Counted from the first letter of the stretch, positions 28,855 to 39,975 are shown. The stretch: DNA of 64,000 nt from Acidobacteriota bacterium (GCA_963666055.2 CAXWPH010000015.1:1728001-1792000), one strand, 5' to 3'. Notes: generated from the letters alone by a model not told the origin. A program made the numbers and translations.

Positions 28855-30024
28855 ATGCCTTCGTTCCGTTCTCACTGCGCGCTTGGCGTAATGGCCCTGA
28901 TGCTAGCCACGCTGGGCGGTTGTCAGCCTGACGTCGACGCGACGGCGGCGGGAGCTCGCCCCGATCCGGTCGTTGCCCTACCGGACGAGCCGAAGCTCGA
29001 CGACAACACGGCGCTGGCGCTGGCAGCAATGTCACTCGCATGCCTTGATCGGCCGCACACAGCTCCCAGCGGCACCGGGTACCTGTACGAGCGCACCGCG
29101 GCGCTGCGTCCCGACTTTGAGACCACGCGCGCCTTCTACGGTTGTTTCGACTGGCACTCGGCGGTGAACTCGACCTGGGCGCTGGTCGAGATCCTCGATC
29201 GGTTCCCGGAGTCGCGCATCGCTCCGCTCATCGTCGAGAAGCTCGACGAGCACCTCGGAGCGCAACCGCTCGCCGGTGAGCTTTCCTTCTTCGCCGACAA
29301 CCGCTCCTTCGAGCGTCCCTATGGCTGGGCCTGGTTGCTGGCGCTGCATGCCGCGCTGAGCGACTCCACACACCCCGCGGCCGCCACGTGGACCGAGAAC
29401 ACGGCCTCGCTGGCGCAAGTGTTCGTCGATCGCCTGTCCTTCTATTTCGAAAGCCTCGACTATCCGGTGCGCGGCGGCCGCCATGCCAACACCGCCTTCG
29501 CGATGGATCTGATTCTCGACTACGCGCAGAGCACCGATGATACGGACCTACGACACCTGGTGGTATCGCGCGCCGCGGCGCTCTACGGCGCTGATGTCGA
29601 TTGCCCGTTGGCCTACGAGCCATCGGCCTCTGATTTCTTGTCGCCATGTCTACAAGAGGCGATGTTGATGGCACGGGTCCTCGATCGGCCGAGCTTCACG
29701 AGCTGGCACGACAGTTTTCTGCCGGCCCCGGACAGCCCGGGCTTTCGCCGGCTCGCTGAACAAGTGCAGCTGGGCGAGAGCGTCGCAGAGGACGGCGGGC
29801 TCATGGGGGCGAAGTCGCACCTGATCGGGCTGGCTTTCACGCGTGCCGAGGCGCTCAGTCGCCTGGCTGCCACCCTCGGTAGCGAGCATCCGAGCTTTGA
29901 GGCCTACCGATCAACTGCGGCACAACAGGCGGCCCACGGCACCGCGGCCATGTTCGAAGCCGACTACTACGGGTCGCACTGGCTCGGCACGTTCGCGATC
30001 AAGTACCTCATCACGCTGCAATAG
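28855..30024 (+). CDS. DUF2891 family lipoprotein
   Basis: LGGC lipobox; FYGCFDWHSAV, FERPYGWAWLL, EPSASDFLSPCL, YYGSHWLGTFA. Confidence 0.88.
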   Translation: MPSFRSHCALGVMALMLATLGGCQPDVDATAAGARPDPVVALPDEPKLDDNTALALAAMSLACLDRPHTAPSGTGYLYERTAALRPDFETTRAFYGCFDWHSAVNSTWALVEILDRFPESRIAPLIVEKLDEHLGAQPLAGELSFFADNRSFERPYGWAWLLALHAALSDSTHPAAATWTENTASLAQVFVDRLSFYFESLDYPVRGGRHANTAFAMDLILDYAQSTDDTDLRHLVVSRAAALYGADVDCPLAYEPSASDFLSPCLQEAMLMARVLDRPSFTSWHDSFLPAPDSPGFRRLAEQVQLGESVAEDGGLMGAKSHLIGLAFTRAEALSRLAATLGSEHPSFEAYRSTAAQQAAHGTAAMFEADYYGSHWLGTFAIKYLITLQ

Positions 30025-30053
30025 GCGCGCAGCACCTGATAACGGGAAACTTC

Positions 30054-30566
30054 ATGCCGGTTTCGCTAGACAACTCGCGGGTCGTCTACGAGGCGCTCAA
30101 GTCGTGCGGCGTCGAGATCATCTCGGCGCTTCCGGAGACCTGGCTTGTACACCTCATTCAGCTCGCCGAGGAGGACGCCGACACCACGCTTGTGCGCCTC
30201 GCCAAGGAAGAGGAGGGCGTCGGGATCTCGATGGGTGCCCACCTCGCCGGCGTGCGAACGGCGATGCTCATGCAGAACCATGGGTTCCTGGCATCGATCA
30301 ACGGCATCGTCTCGGGGGCACAGCTTTATCGTATCCCGCTGCTGATGCTGATTAGCGACCGCGGCTCGTTCGGCGAGCGCGACCCGTGGCAGACGGAGGG
30401 CGGCGGACAGACCGTGCACGTCCTTGACGCATTGCGTATTCCCTACCTCCGTCTGGACGCGCCTGACCACGTGCTCTGCCGCGTCGAGCAGGCGATGTCG
30501 TTGGCTTACTCTTCCTTGCGGCCAGTCGGCGTGTTGCTCGGGCGCGACCTGATGTGGGAGGACTGA
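30054..30566 (+). CDS. comD: Sulfopyruvate decarboxylase-like alpha subunit (TPP enzyme, Pyr domain)
   Basis: EEEGVGISMGAHLAG, MQNHG, IPLLMLISDRG. Confidence 0.78.
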   Translation: MPVSLDNSRVVYEALKSCGVEIISALPETWLVHLIQLAEEDADTTLVRLAKEEEGVGISMGAHLAGVRTAMLMQNHGFLASINGIVSGAQLYRIPLLMLISDRGSFGERDPWQTEGGGQTVHVLDALRIPYLRLDAPDHVLCRVEQAMSLAYSSLRPVGVLLGRDLMWED

Positions 30567-30568
30567 CG

Positions 30569-31150
30569 GTGGGCGACCGGATGCTGCGGATAGATGCCCT
30601 CGGCGCGCTTTACGACCGGCTCGCCGACTGCGTGGTGGTGACCATCATGGGAGCGGTGGCGGCGGAGCTGCAATCGCTCGGACACCGACCCAACCACTTC
30701 TATCTGCAACACGCCATGGGATTGGCCTCATCCATGGGGCTGGGCCTGGCACTGGCCCTACCGGAACGCGAGGTCGTGGTGGTCGACGGAGATGGGTCGG
30801 CGCTGATGAATCTGGGCGGACTGACGACGTTGGGACGCTACCGACCTGGCAACCTAGTGCACCTGGTGTTCGACAACGAGAGCCTGTTGTCGGTCGGCGG
30901 GTTTCCCACTGCCACCGCCACAGGTTCCGATTTGGCGGCGATCGCCGCCGGCGCGGGAGTTCCTCGGACCAGCACCGTCGGCGATATCGATGCGCTGCTC
31001 GCAGCATTCGACGCCGCTCGTGAAGCACACGAGCTAGCCACCATCGTCGCCAAGGTGGCCGACGAAGGGCCCCAGGTATTCGTTACCGACCTAGGGCTGC
31101 TGGAGAATCGCTTCCAGTTCGCCCGCTACTTGCAGCAGGAGAGCTCATGA
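30569..31150 (+). CDS. comE: Sulfopyruvate decarboxylase-like beta subunit (TPP-binding)
   Basis: MGLASSMGLGLAL, DGDGSALMN...VFDN. Confidence 0.78.
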   Translation: MGDRMLRIDALGALYDRLADCVVVTIMGAVAAELQSLGHRPNHFYLQHAMGLASSMGLGLALALPEREVVVVDGDGSALMNLGGLTTLGRYRPGNLVHLVFDNESLLSVGGFPTATATGSDLAAIAAGAGVPRTSTVGDIDALLAAFDAAREAHELATIVAKVADEGPQVFVTDLGLLENRFQFARYLQQESS

Positions 31151-31929
31151 GCGGCCTTCTGACCCGGCTAGCTGATGCCATTCGAGACGGCAGTGTTCGC
31201 ATCGTCGACCTCACACAACCCCTCGAACCAGACACGCCGGTGATCGCCTTGCCGCCACCGTTCGCGCTCTCTCCCGGCGTCACCATCGAGCAGATCTCGC
31301 GATTCGACGACAACGGACCGGCCTGGTACTGGAATGCGCTGAGCTTCGGTGAGCACACCGGCACGCACTTCGACGCACCTGGACACTGGATCAGCGGCAA
31401 GGACCTACCCGACAACACCACCGATACAATCCCTCCGAATCGCTTCGTCGGCCCCGCCAGCGTGATCGATGTAACTGCGGCAGTGGCCGATGACCCCGAC
31501 TATCTGTTCGCCCCGCAAGAGCTGCGGACGTGGGAAGGCGAACACGGGCCCCTGGCGGCCGGCGGCTGGGTGCTGCTGAATACCGGGTGGAGCAACCGTC
31601 GCGGTGCCGAGGCGTTCCTCAACATCCACGACGACGGTCCGCACAGTCCGGGATTCCACACCGACACGATCCGGATACTGGCGCAACGAGACATCCTCGG
31701 CATCGGTGTCGAGACGGTCGGCACGGATGCCGGCCAGGCCGGTGGCTTTGATCCCGCTTTCCCGGCCCACACGCTCATGCACGGGGCCGGCAAGCTGGGG
31801 CTTGCTAGCTTGTGCAATCTCGACAAGCTACCGCCCACGGGCGCGATGGTGATTGCTGCACCGTTGAAGCTGGTCGACGGTAGCGGCAGCCCCTTGCGCG
31901 TCATCGCGCTGGCTGACGAGGTCACTTGA
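31147..31929 (+). CDS. Cyclase family metallo-hydrolase (kynurenine formamidase/isatin hydrolase-like)
   Basis: EHTGTHFDAP, PLKLVDGSGSPLRVIA. Confidence 0.9.
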   Translation: MSGLLTRLADAIRDGSVRIVDLTQPLEPDTPVIALPPPFALSPGVTIEQISRFDDNGPAWYWNALSFGEHTGTHFDAPGHWISGKDLPDNTTDTIPPNRFVGPASVIDVTAAVADDPDYLFAPQELRTWEGEHGPLAAGGWVLLNTGWSNRRGAEAFLNIHDDGPHSPGFHTDTIRILAQRDILGIGVETVGTDAGQAGGFDPAFPAHTLMHGAGKLGLASLCNLDKLPPTGAMVIAAPLKLVDGSGSPLRVIALADEVT

Positions 31930-32058
31930 ACCGACACGCCGGCGCGGTCCCGACAGACCCAGACAACGTCCATCGATGGCTACCGACGTGCGGCCACCAC
32001 GGGCTGCAAGCGGCCACGAACAAGAGATAGTCTTGTTCGCAGCGACTATGGAGGGTTC

Positions 32059-35000
32059 GTGGTGATCGGCACGCGACTGGCGCACTACGAGGTCGTGCGC
32101 AAGCTCGGCAGCGGTGGCATGGGCGAGGTGTTTGCCGCCCGCGATACCAAGCTCAACCGCCAGGTAGCGCTGAAGCTCTTGCCGGAGAGTCTGGCCGACG
32201 ACCCGGCGCGTCTGGCGCGCTTCGAGCGCGAGGCCAAGAGCGTTGCCGCGCTGAGCCATCCGAACATCGTCACGATCTACGCGGTCGAAGAGGCTGACGG
32301 CATTCGCTTCATGACCATGGAGCTGATCATCGGTCAAACGCTCGACCAGCTCATTCCGCGCGAGGGGATGCCGGTCAAGGAGTTCCTGGAGATCGCCGTG
32401 CCGCTGGCCGATGCGGTGGCGGCCGCTCATGAGCGCAACGTCCTGCACCGCGACCTCAAGCCGGCCAACGTCATGGTGGACGATGCCGGGCGCGTCAAAG
32501 TGCTCGACTTCGGACTCGCCAAGATCGATGAGCAGCGTAGCGGACCCGACGGCATGACGCAGATGCTGACCGGCGACTTCACCGGCGAGGGAAAGATTCT
32601 CGGGACCATCGCTTACATGTCGCCGGAGCAAGCCGAGGGACGCAGTCTCGATCACCGGTCGGACATCTTCTCGCTCGGAATCCTGCTCTACGAGATGATC
32701 ACCGGGAAGCGTCCCTTCGACGGCGAGACCAACATTTCGGTACTCTCGTCGATCCTCAAGGATGACCCCGATTCGGTCAGCGATGTGCGCCCGGCGATCC
32801 CGGTGTCGATCGCGCGCCTCATCCAGCGAACGCTGGCCAAGCAGCCCGACCAGCGTTACCAGTCGGCATCCGACCTGCGACAGGATCTGATGGAGATCCG
32901 CCGCGATCTCGAGACCGGCGAGTTGCTTTCGTCCGGGCTCCATGCCGACGTCAGCAGGGCGTCGGAGCTCGGAGCCTACCTTCGCGGCTCCAGGATCGTC
33001 GTGGTAGAGGCTCCGTCGTGGCTCCGCTACGGTGCCCTCGCGGCCGCTGTCGTGGCCGTCTTGGCGATCGGCTATTTCGGTCTCCGCGGTAGGCTGGGGT
33101 CCGATTCGGGCGTCGGCCGACCAGCAGCATTTCCGGCCTCGTTGGACGCCCGACTCTCGGTTGCGGTGTTCTACTTCGACAACATCAGCGGCGACACCGA
33201 GCTCGAATGGCTACGCAGCGGCCTCACTGAGATGTTGGTTACGGATCTTTCCCAGATTCCCGGCGTCCGTGTGCTGGCCACCGATCGCCTGTACTCGATG
33301 CTGCAAGGCATGGGACATCTGGGCGATTCCACCACCTCCGGCGAAGTGGTCGGCGAGATCGCCCGCCTGGCTGGCATGAACCGAGTAATCGTCGGCAGCT
33401 TCGCCCGCGCCGGCGACGAGATCCGCATCAACGCCCGCATCCAAGACCCGGACTCGAGCGAGGTGTTGTCGTCCGGATCGGTACAGGGGAGCGTCGACGA
33501 GCTATTCGACCTGGTCGACGAGCTGCATGCGTGGATCGAGGCGAGCTTCGACATGAGTCACGCCGACCACGACGCGACGTTGTCGGGCGGCGCTATGGGC
33601 CATCGAGACATCGAGGAGGTCACGACCGACAACATCGAGGCGTTCCGCTTCTACAACGAGGGCATCGAGCTCAACTTGCAGTCCAAGTACCGCGACGCTG
33701 TTCCGCTGCTCGAGAGGGCGGTTGAGCTGGACCCCGACTTCGCCATGGCGCACGCCAAGCTCTCGGTGGCGCACGGCAATCTCGGCGACAAGGAGATGGC
33801 GGCTCGCTACGCCAAGCGAGCCTTCGACATGACCGACCGCTTACCGCCGCGCGAGCGCTACTACATCCGTGGACGCCACTTGGGGATGGATCCGAGCACC
33901 ATCACCGAATCGCTGGCCGAGTACGCCAAGGCCGTCGACTCGTACCCCGACCACCTCGCGGCGCGCACCAACCTTGCCCAGGGCCTCATGGAGCTGGAGC
34001 GGTTCGACGAGGCAATCGAGCACTTCGAGGAGCTGCGGCAAACGCGTGATCCCTTCGCGCCCAACGCCTCCTCGATGGCCTTCGCCTACGCGGCAGGAGG
34101 GAGGAATACCGATGCCGTGACCGTGCTCCGACGGTACGTCGAGGCGAACCCGGACAACGCCGAGGGGTACTTCAACCTCGCCGCCGGGCTGGCGCGCAAC
34201 AGCGCCTACGACAAAGCCCTAGACGAGCTCGCCACCGCGAACCGTCTGGCACCCGAGTACCGCAAGCGCGTACTGCGCTGGGGCATCCTGGTGATGCAAG
34301 AGCGCTGGGACGAGGCCCGCGCCGAGACTCGCACGATGCTCCAGGATCCCAATCCGAAGGCCAAGCTCGAGGGCTACTTGGCACTCTCGACGCAGAACTT
34401 GTATTTCGGCCAGGCAGCCACGGCGAGAACGGCGCTGCAGGAGGCGGAGGCGCTGTTTCCGCCCGGCAGCCTGGAACACCAGCGCGCGCTTGAGGCGCAG
34501 ATCGAGCTGGCGCGTAGCCTGGAGGACGCGGAGCTGACGCTCGAGCTCACCGAAGAGCTGCGTCAGACGGCACCCGAGCCGGCGAACCCACAGCTCGTGG
34601 CGTTGAACGAGATGGTCGGGCGCATGCTGGCCGGCGATGGGGCGAGGGCACGCCAAGCGGCCGGTGCGTTCCGCGAGTCGATCGCCGGAATGCAGCTGAC
34701 CGAGATCCGCCAGCGCCGTGCGGAGGCTCAGATCGACGGGATACTCGCCTGGGCATCAGGCGACCTCGAGGCCGCGGTTCCCTACCTACGGACCACCTTG
34801 GAGCTGCTGCCGACCCGCGACCTGAGCGATGAAGGGTTCGCGCTGAGATTTATCCTCGCCGAGTCGTTGTGGCGCGGCGGCCACAAGGAGGCCGCCGCGC
34901 GTGAGCTCAGGGCCGTGGAGGAAGCGTCGATGCCGCGGGCCAGCAACCCGATCATGTGGCTCCGTGCGCTGAACTATCTGGGCATGTATCACGCAGAACG

Positions 35001-35112
35001 CCAAGAGCGGGCACAGTCGGAGAGCTACTTCCGACATTATCTGCGCTACTGGGGCGACGGTGAGATTGACCGCGACGAGGTTGCGACGGCCCGTGCCCAT
35101 CTATCCCGGTAA
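32059..35112 (+). CDS. Ser/Thr protein kinase with TM, TolB-N-like and TPR domains
   Basis: LGSGGMGEV, VALK, HRDLKPAN, DFG, YMSPEQ; VAVFYFDN; TPR repeats. Confidence 0.94.
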   Translation: MVIGTRLAHYEVVRKLGSGGMGEVFAARDTKLNRQVALKLLPESLADDPARLARFEREAKSVAALSHPNIVTIYAVEEADGIRFMTMELIIGQTLDQLIPREGMPVKEFLEIAVPLADAVAAAHERNVLHRDLKPANVMVDDAGRVKVLDFGLAKIDEQRSGPDGMTQMLTGDFTGEGKILGTIAYMSPEQAEGRSLDHRSDIFSLGILLYEMITGKRPFDGETNISVLSSILKDDPDSVSDVRPAIPVSIARLIQRTLAKQPDQRYQSASDLRQDLMEIRRDLETGELLSSGLHADVSRASELGAYLRGSRIVVVEAPSWLRYGALAAAVVAVLAIGYFGLRGRLGSDSGVGRPAAFPASLDARLSVAVFYFDNISGDTELEWLRSGLTEMLVTDLSQIPGVRVLATDRLYSMLQGMGHLGDSTTSGEVVGEIARLAGMNRVIVGSFARAGDEIRINARIQDPDSSEVLSSGSVQGSVDELFDLVDELHAWIEASFDMSHADHDATLSGGAMGHRDIEEVTTDNIEAFRFYNEGIELNLQSKYRDAVPLLERAVELDPDFAMAHAKLSVAHGNLGDKEMAARYAKRAFDMTDRLPPRERYYIRGRHLGMDPSTITESLAEYAKAVDSYPDHLAARTNLAQGLMELERFDEAIEHFEELRQTRDPFAPNASSMAFAYAAGGRNTDAVTVLRRYVEANPDNAEGYFNLAAGLARNSAYDKALDELATANRLAPEYRKRVLRWGILVMQERWDEARAETRTMLQDPNPKAKLEGYLALSTQNLYFGQAATARTALQEAEALFPPGSLEHQRALEAQIELARSLEDAELTLELTEELRQTAPEPANPQLVALNEMVGRMLAGDGARARQAAGAFRESIAGMQLTEIRQRRAEAQIDGILAWASGDLEAAVPYLRTTLELLPTRDLSDEGFALRFILAESLWRGGHKEAAARELRAVEEASMPRASNPIMWLRALNYLGMYHAERQERAQSESYFRHYLRYWGDGEIDRDEVATARAHLSR

Positions 35113-35158
35113 CGCCGCGTAACGGGTTCTGAAGAACTCTGGTGGGAGGATTGCTTCT

Positions 35159-36955
35159 ATGCTTCGAGCTGCCACTTGTCTGCTGATTCTTTTCACCTCG
35201 TTGGCGTGCGCCGCAACGGGCGATGGTCCGGCCACACCGGCAGCCGCCGAGGCTTTCATCGCCGAGTCCGAGGAGCAGTTGGCAGCACTGGGCCGAGCGC
35301 AAGCCAACGCTGACTGGGTGCAGGCGACGTACATCATCTACGACAGCACCAAGGTCGCCGCCGCCGCACAAGAGCGCATCACCGCCGCGGCGGTCGATCT
35401 GGCCAACGCATCGACCCGCTTCGACGGACTCGACCTGGCTTTCGACACCAGGCGCAAGTTGGGAATGCTGAAACGAGCTCTTTCGGTGCCGGCACCGGCT
35501 GACGAACAGTTGATCGCGGAGCTCGCGCAGCTCTCCAACGAGCTGACCGGAACCTACGGCTCGCACGAGTACTGTCGCGACGATGGCGAGTGCCTCCAAG
35601 AGCCGCACATGGTCGACATCATGGCAAACAGCCGCAACCCGGATGAGCTTCTCGAGATTTGGCAAGGCTGGCGCACCATGGGCCCGCCCATGCGCAACGA
35701 CTACATGCGGCTGATGGAGATCGCCAATCAGGGCGCGCGCGAGCTAGGGTTTGCCGATCTCGGAGCATTGTGGCGCTCCAACTACGACATGGAGCCCGAT
35801 GCGTTCGCGGCAGAAGCCGAACGCCTGGTGCGCCAAGTGCAGCCGCTCTACGAGGCGCTCCAATGCCACGTCCGCGCCGGCCTCCACGACTACTATGGGT
35901 CGCGCATCGTTCCCCCGGACGGCCCCATCCCGGCCCACCTCCTGGGCAACATGTGGGCACAGAGCTGGACAAACATCTACGACCTCGTGGCGCCGGAGTC
36001 GTCGGCAGCAGGGTACGACCTCACGGAACGCATCCAGCGCTCGCGGATGAGCGAGCTCGACATGGTCAGCACCGGTGAGGCGTTCTTCACATCGCTGGGC
36101 TTCCAGCAGTTGCCGGAGACGTTCTGGGAACGTTCACTGTTCACCAAGCCGCGAGACCGCCAGGTTGTGTGCCACGCCAGCGCTTGGGACATGGGGGACG
36201 GCGAGGACTACCGCATCAAGATGTGCATCGACAAGACGGCGGACTCGTTCGATACCATTCATCACGAGCTCGGCCACAACTTCTACCAGCGCGCCTACCG
36301 CGACCAGCCAACGTTGTATCAGGGCGGCGCCAACCCGGGCTTTCACGAGGCCATCGGCGACGCCATTGCGCTGTCGATCACCCCCGAGTACCTGCACCGG
36401 ATCGACCTCATCAACGAGGTCCCTGCCGCATCCGGTGACATCGGACTGCTCCTGAACATGGCGCTTGATCGCGTCGCAGCGCTACCGTGGACCTACCTGC
36501 TCGACCAGTGGCGCTGGCAGATCTCCAGCGGTGAGATCGGCGCCGACGAGCTCAACAGCACCTGGTGGGAGCTGCGTGAGCGCTACCAAGGCGTGGCGCC
36601 GCCGATCGAGCGAACCGAGGAGAGCTTCGATCCGGGCGCCAAGTACCACATCCCGGCAATGGTCTCGTATACCCGGTACTTCATCGCCCGGATCCTGCAG
36701 TTCCAGTTCCACCGCGCCATGTGCGACGCGGCCGGATTCGAGGGCCCGCTGCATCGCTGCACGATCTACGGAAGTGAGGAGGCCGGAGCGCGACTCAACG
36801 CCATGCTCGAGCTGGGCGCCAGCCGCCCGTGGCCCGAGGCTCTCGAGGCTCTCACCGGCGAGACCGAGATGGACGCCACCGCAATTCTCGACTACTTCGC
36901 CCCCCTGCAAGCATGGCTCGACGAACAGAACGCCAACCGCCAGTGCGGATGGTAG
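35159..36955 (+). CDS. M2 family peptidyl-dipeptidase (ACE-like)
   Basis: [45 protein letters not shown]. Confidence 0.95.
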   Translation: MLRAATCLLILFTSLACAATGDGPATPAAAEAFIAESEEQLAALGRAQANADWVQATYIIYDSTKVAAAAQERITAAAVDLANASTRFDGLDLAFDTRRKLGMLKRALSVPAPADEQLIAELAQLSNELTGTYGSHEYCRDDGECLQEPHMVDIMANSRNPDELLEIWQGWRTMGPPMRNDYMRLMEIANQGARELGFADLGALWRSNYDMEPDAFAAEAERLVRQVQPLYEALQCHVRAGLHDYYGSRIVPPDGPIPAHLLGNMWAQSWTNIYDLVAPESSAAGYDLTERIQRSRMSELDMVSTGEAFFTSLGFQQLPETFWERSLFTKPRDRQVVCHASAWDMGDGEDYRIKMCIDKTADSFDTIHHELGHNFYQRAYRDQPTLYQGGANPGFHEAIGDAIALSITPEYLHRIDLINEVPAASGDIGLLLNMALDRVAALPWTYLLDQWRWQISSGEIGADELNSTWWELRERYQGVAPPIERTEESFDPGAKYHIPAMVSYTRYFIARILQFQFHRAMCDAAGFEGPLHRCTIYGSEEAGARLNAMLELGASRPWPEALEALTGETEMDATAILDYFAPLQAWLDEQNANRQCGW

Positions 36956-36959
36956 GCGC

Positions 36960-37622
36960 TTGCCGCCCGGCGCTCAGGTATCGATCCGTCGTCTCGCGGT
37001 CGCAGGCTGTGCGTTGCTTGTAGTCGCCTCTTCGACGAACCGAGCCGGTGCGTCGGTGCAAGGGTATGGCCCTCTCGACAATCGCGACCCGATCGGCTTC
37101 TACGTTCCAGCGGGTGAGCCGGACACCGGGTTTCGTGCCCGCGATGACGAGCTCGCGGCGTGGGCGCTGCGCGCTTGGGAGCGTGCCGCAAACGGCCAGC
37201 TGGTACTCGAGCCGGCGCCATGGCAGGACGCGCTGCTCCATCTCTATTGGGTGTCGGCCTCCGGAGGCCTATTCGGCGAGATGCGACCGTTCAGTTACCA
37301 AGGTAAGCCCGGGGCTGCGATTTTCGTGCGTCCGGCCACCGACGGGTTGGGGCCGGAAATCGACCGCCGTGCTCGCCGCGATCCGCTATACCGCGACACC
37401 GTGGTGTACTTGACTTGTTTGCATGAGTTCGGGCATGCGCTCGGGCTGCCGCACAGTGGGGAGTTCGAGGATGTCATGTACTCGTTCCGGCTCGGCGGTG
37501 ATATCCCGATGTACTTCCAACACTATCGGGCTCGTCTCGATGAGCGTGCCGACATCGAAGCCACCGACGGATTGTCGGATGCCGACAAGGCGGCGTTGGC
37601 TACTCTCTATGCGGCCCCGTAG
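36960..37622 (+). CDS. Matrixin/M10-like metzincin protease (start uncertain)
   Basis: HEFGHALGLPHS plus Met-turn DVMY. Confidence 0.8.
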   Translation: MPPGAQVSIRRLAVAGCALLVVASSTNRAGASVQGYGPLDNRDPIGFYVPAGEPDTGFRARDDELAAWALRAWERAANGQLVLEPAPWQDALLHLYWVSASGGLFGEMRPFSYQGKPGAAIFVRPATDGLGPEIDRRARRDPLYRDTVVYLTCLHEFGHALGLPHSGEFEDVMYSFRLGGDIPMYFQHYRARLDERADIEATDGLSDADKAALATLYAAP

Positions 37623-37756
37623 CCAGCCGCTGGTGCACTCGTGGCGCCCCATATCGACGGATTGCATGCCAGACGGTGGCACACGGCGCAACGCAGCGGC
37701 CAGCGGGAGGACACGGAGGCGACCCCATTCAACCGGCGCGCAGCGACGAGCGTCCG

Positions 37757-38089
37757 TCAGGCCGGCAGAACGATCGCCCGGCGCTTGGCGTCGGCCCGAC
37801 GCCGGTAGAGGATCACGACGCCGCCGATTGAGCCCACGTGTTCGGCGCCGCTCGCATCCGCCAGCATGGCGGCGATGGCTGGCCGCGAAGAGCGCTCGGC
37901 GTCGAGTCGCACCTTGATGAGCTCGTGATCTTCTAGTGCCGAGTCGAGCTGTGATCGCACCGCCGGCGTGAAGCCCTGCTTGCCAACGTGGACCACTGCG
38001 GCCAAGCCGTGTGCCAGGCCCCGCAGATGACGTCGCTGCTTGCTCGTCAGCGCCGACGGGGACAACCGATCCGTGGGGTTCAAGCGCAC
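37757..38089 (-). CDS. yhbY: CRM-domain RNA-binding protein
   Basis: LTSKQRRHLRGLAH, VGKQG, HELIKV, IGGVVILYR. Confidence 0.9.
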   Translation of the reverse strand: MRLNPTDRLSPSALTSKQRRHLRGLAHGLAAVVHVGKQGFTPAVRSQLDSALEDHELIKVRLDAERSSRPAIAAMLADASGAEHVGSIGGVVILYRRRADAKRRAIVLPA

Positions 38090-38113
38090 GCTCCTCGAAG
38101 CTCCGACAACAAC

Positions 38114-38175
38114 CTAGTGGCCTGTAACAGATGATCGTTGCGTATCGTGGTGTCGAAATGGGTCCGGATGACTAG
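38114..38175. repeat. Solo end of CTAG element family A
   Basis: 55/57 match to the reverse complement of 46669-46725, followed by a second CTAG. Confidence 0.85.
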
Positions 38176-38327
38176 CAGGGTGCTTGTGGTTATACCGCGC
38201 CACCGCCGCTCGCACAGTTGGCTCACACCCATCGTGCAGACGTGAAACGGGTTGGTGCCGTGCGGCACAGTTATTAGGTATAGCGGGTCCCCTCGCGGCC
38301 GCCCAAGTGGCGGCAGGAGGTGCTGCG

Positions 38328-39581
38328 ATGGCAACGAAGAAGGCTGCCACGGTCAAGACCGACGCTACCCCAAGCTTGCGGCCGGCCACCCACAAGAGCC
38401 CAAAGGCCGCGCCGGGTTCGGGGAGCCGGGGGTCGCCTGACAAGCGACTCAGCTCCCGGTCGTTCCGTCGCATCGCCGGCGAGCGCACCCCGATGCGTCC
38501 TGATTGCCGCCTCGAGAGCAGCGAGCCGCTAGCGCAACATCTGAGCCGTCGCGTCATCGGACAGGGCGACGCCATCGACGCGCTGGTCTGCTCGTGGTCG
38601 AGGGTGCTGTCGGGGCTGCGAGATCCTCGCCGCCCGTTGCTTACCGGCATGCTGCTCGGGCCGACCGGCGTGGGCAAAACCGAGACCGCGCTGGCGCTGG
38701 CCGAGGCACTCTTCGGATCCGCCTCGGCGCTACATCGCATCAACTGCGAGGAGTACGCCCACGGACACGAGGTCGCCAAGCTGCTGGGCTCGCCGCCCGG
38801 CTATGTCGGTGGCGACATCGAGCCACTGCTGAGCCAACAACGCATCGATCTGCCGCACTGGCAGATGCGCCAAGCCGGCGGACAACGAGATGACGAACAG
38901 CCGGCGCTCATCGACCGAGCGCACGATGCCGGCAACGGTCTGTGCTCGATCATCTTGTTCGATGAGATCGAGAAGGCTCATCCAACGCTTTGGAACGCGT
39001 TGCTTGGCATCCTCGAGGAAGGACAGGTAACCCTCGGCAACAACAAGACCACAGACCTGACACGGTCGATCATCTTGATGACATCGAACGTGGGCAGCCG
39101 CGAGATGAGCCAGGCAATGGAGCGTGTCTCGATCGGGTTTCGCGCCGCCGACACAGCGGACGACACCGAGCACACCCTGCGCGACATTGCCAGCAAGGCG
39201 GCGCGCGATGTGTTCCCGATCGAGTTCCTCAACCGTTTCGACGAAGTTCTCGTGTACCGGCCGCTGCGGAGCGATCATCTGGGGCAGATCTTCGACAAGT
39301 TCCTTGCCGATATCAATCAGCGAGCCCTCGAGCAGGCCGGCGTGCCGCTGCTGATCAAGATGAGCCCGGCAGCGCGGGCGTTCGTGATCGACGCGGGCAC
39401 TGACCCAACTCTCGGCGCGAGACCGCTGAGACGCGCCACCGAGCGCTTGATCGTCGACCCGGTGTCGCGACTCCTAGCATCGGCTCAGATCACCGCCGGT
39501 GACGTGGTGGAAGCAGAGCTCGAGGACGGCGCGCTCAGCTTCTACCGGTGGCCACGATCAGCGGATTCCATCGTCGCCTGA
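38328..39581 (+). CDS. Stand-alone Clp/Hsp100 D2-type AAA+ ATPase
   Basis: AGGAGG SD; RVIGQ, GPTGVGKT, GSPPGYVG, LFDEIEKAH, MTSN, SIGF, EFLNRFD, GARPLRR. Confidence 0.9.
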   Translation: MATKKAATVKTDATPSLRPATHKSPKAAPGSGSRGSPDKRLSSRSFRRIAGERTPMRPDCRLESSEPLAQHLSRRVIGQGDAIDALVCSWSRVLSGLRDPRRPLLTGMLLGPTGVGKTETALALAEALFGSASALHRINCEEYAHGHEVAKLLGSPPGYVGGDIEPLLSQQRIDLPHWQMRQAGGQRDDEQPALIDRAHDAGNGLCSIILFDEIEKAHPTLWNALLGILEEGQVTLGNNKTTDLTRSIILMTSNVGSREMSQAMERVSIGFRAADTADDTEHTLRDIASKAARDVFPIEFLNRFDEVLVYRPLRSDHLGQIFDKFLADINQRALEQAGVPLLIKMSPAARAFVIDAGTDPTLGARPLRRATERLIVDPVSRLLASAQITAGDVVEAELEDGALSFYRWPRSADSIVA

Positions 39582-39621
39582 AGCCGCCTGGTACCGGCAA
39601 GCCGTGGTGGAAATGTGGCTC

Positions 39622-39975
39622 TCAGTCGGTTCGTAGCGGCATGTGCTGTTGACGCAGGATTGTGTCGAGATCGGCCCACAGCACCCGGCGTCTCTGCAAG
39701 CTTGGAGTCGACTCGATCTGAACCACGAGCCGGCGCGCTCGCCGGTGCCAATCTGCAGCGCGATGTGGACACGCAAAGCGGTCGATCAGCCTCGGCGGTC
39801 CATTTTCAGGTGATGTCGCGATGATCGCCCGAGCCTCGTCACAACGGCTGCCACAGACACGGCAGGGCACTTCGTGGCGGCGGCGTGGGCCGGTCACAAA
39901 GGTGTCGTAATCGATCTCGGCATCGGCACCGAAGAGATGTGCCCGCCAGGTCGAGAGCCAGTTGGAAACGTACAT
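39622..39975 (-). CDS. Hypothetical Cys/His protein
   Basis: CRVCGSRC...FACPH...WH. Confidence 0.55.
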   Translation of the reverse strand: MYVSNWLSTWRAHLFGADAEIDYDTFVTGPRRRHEVPCRVCGSRCDEARAIIATSPENGPPRLIDRFACPHRAADWHRRARRLVVQIESTPSLQRRRVLWADLDTILRQQHMPLRTD

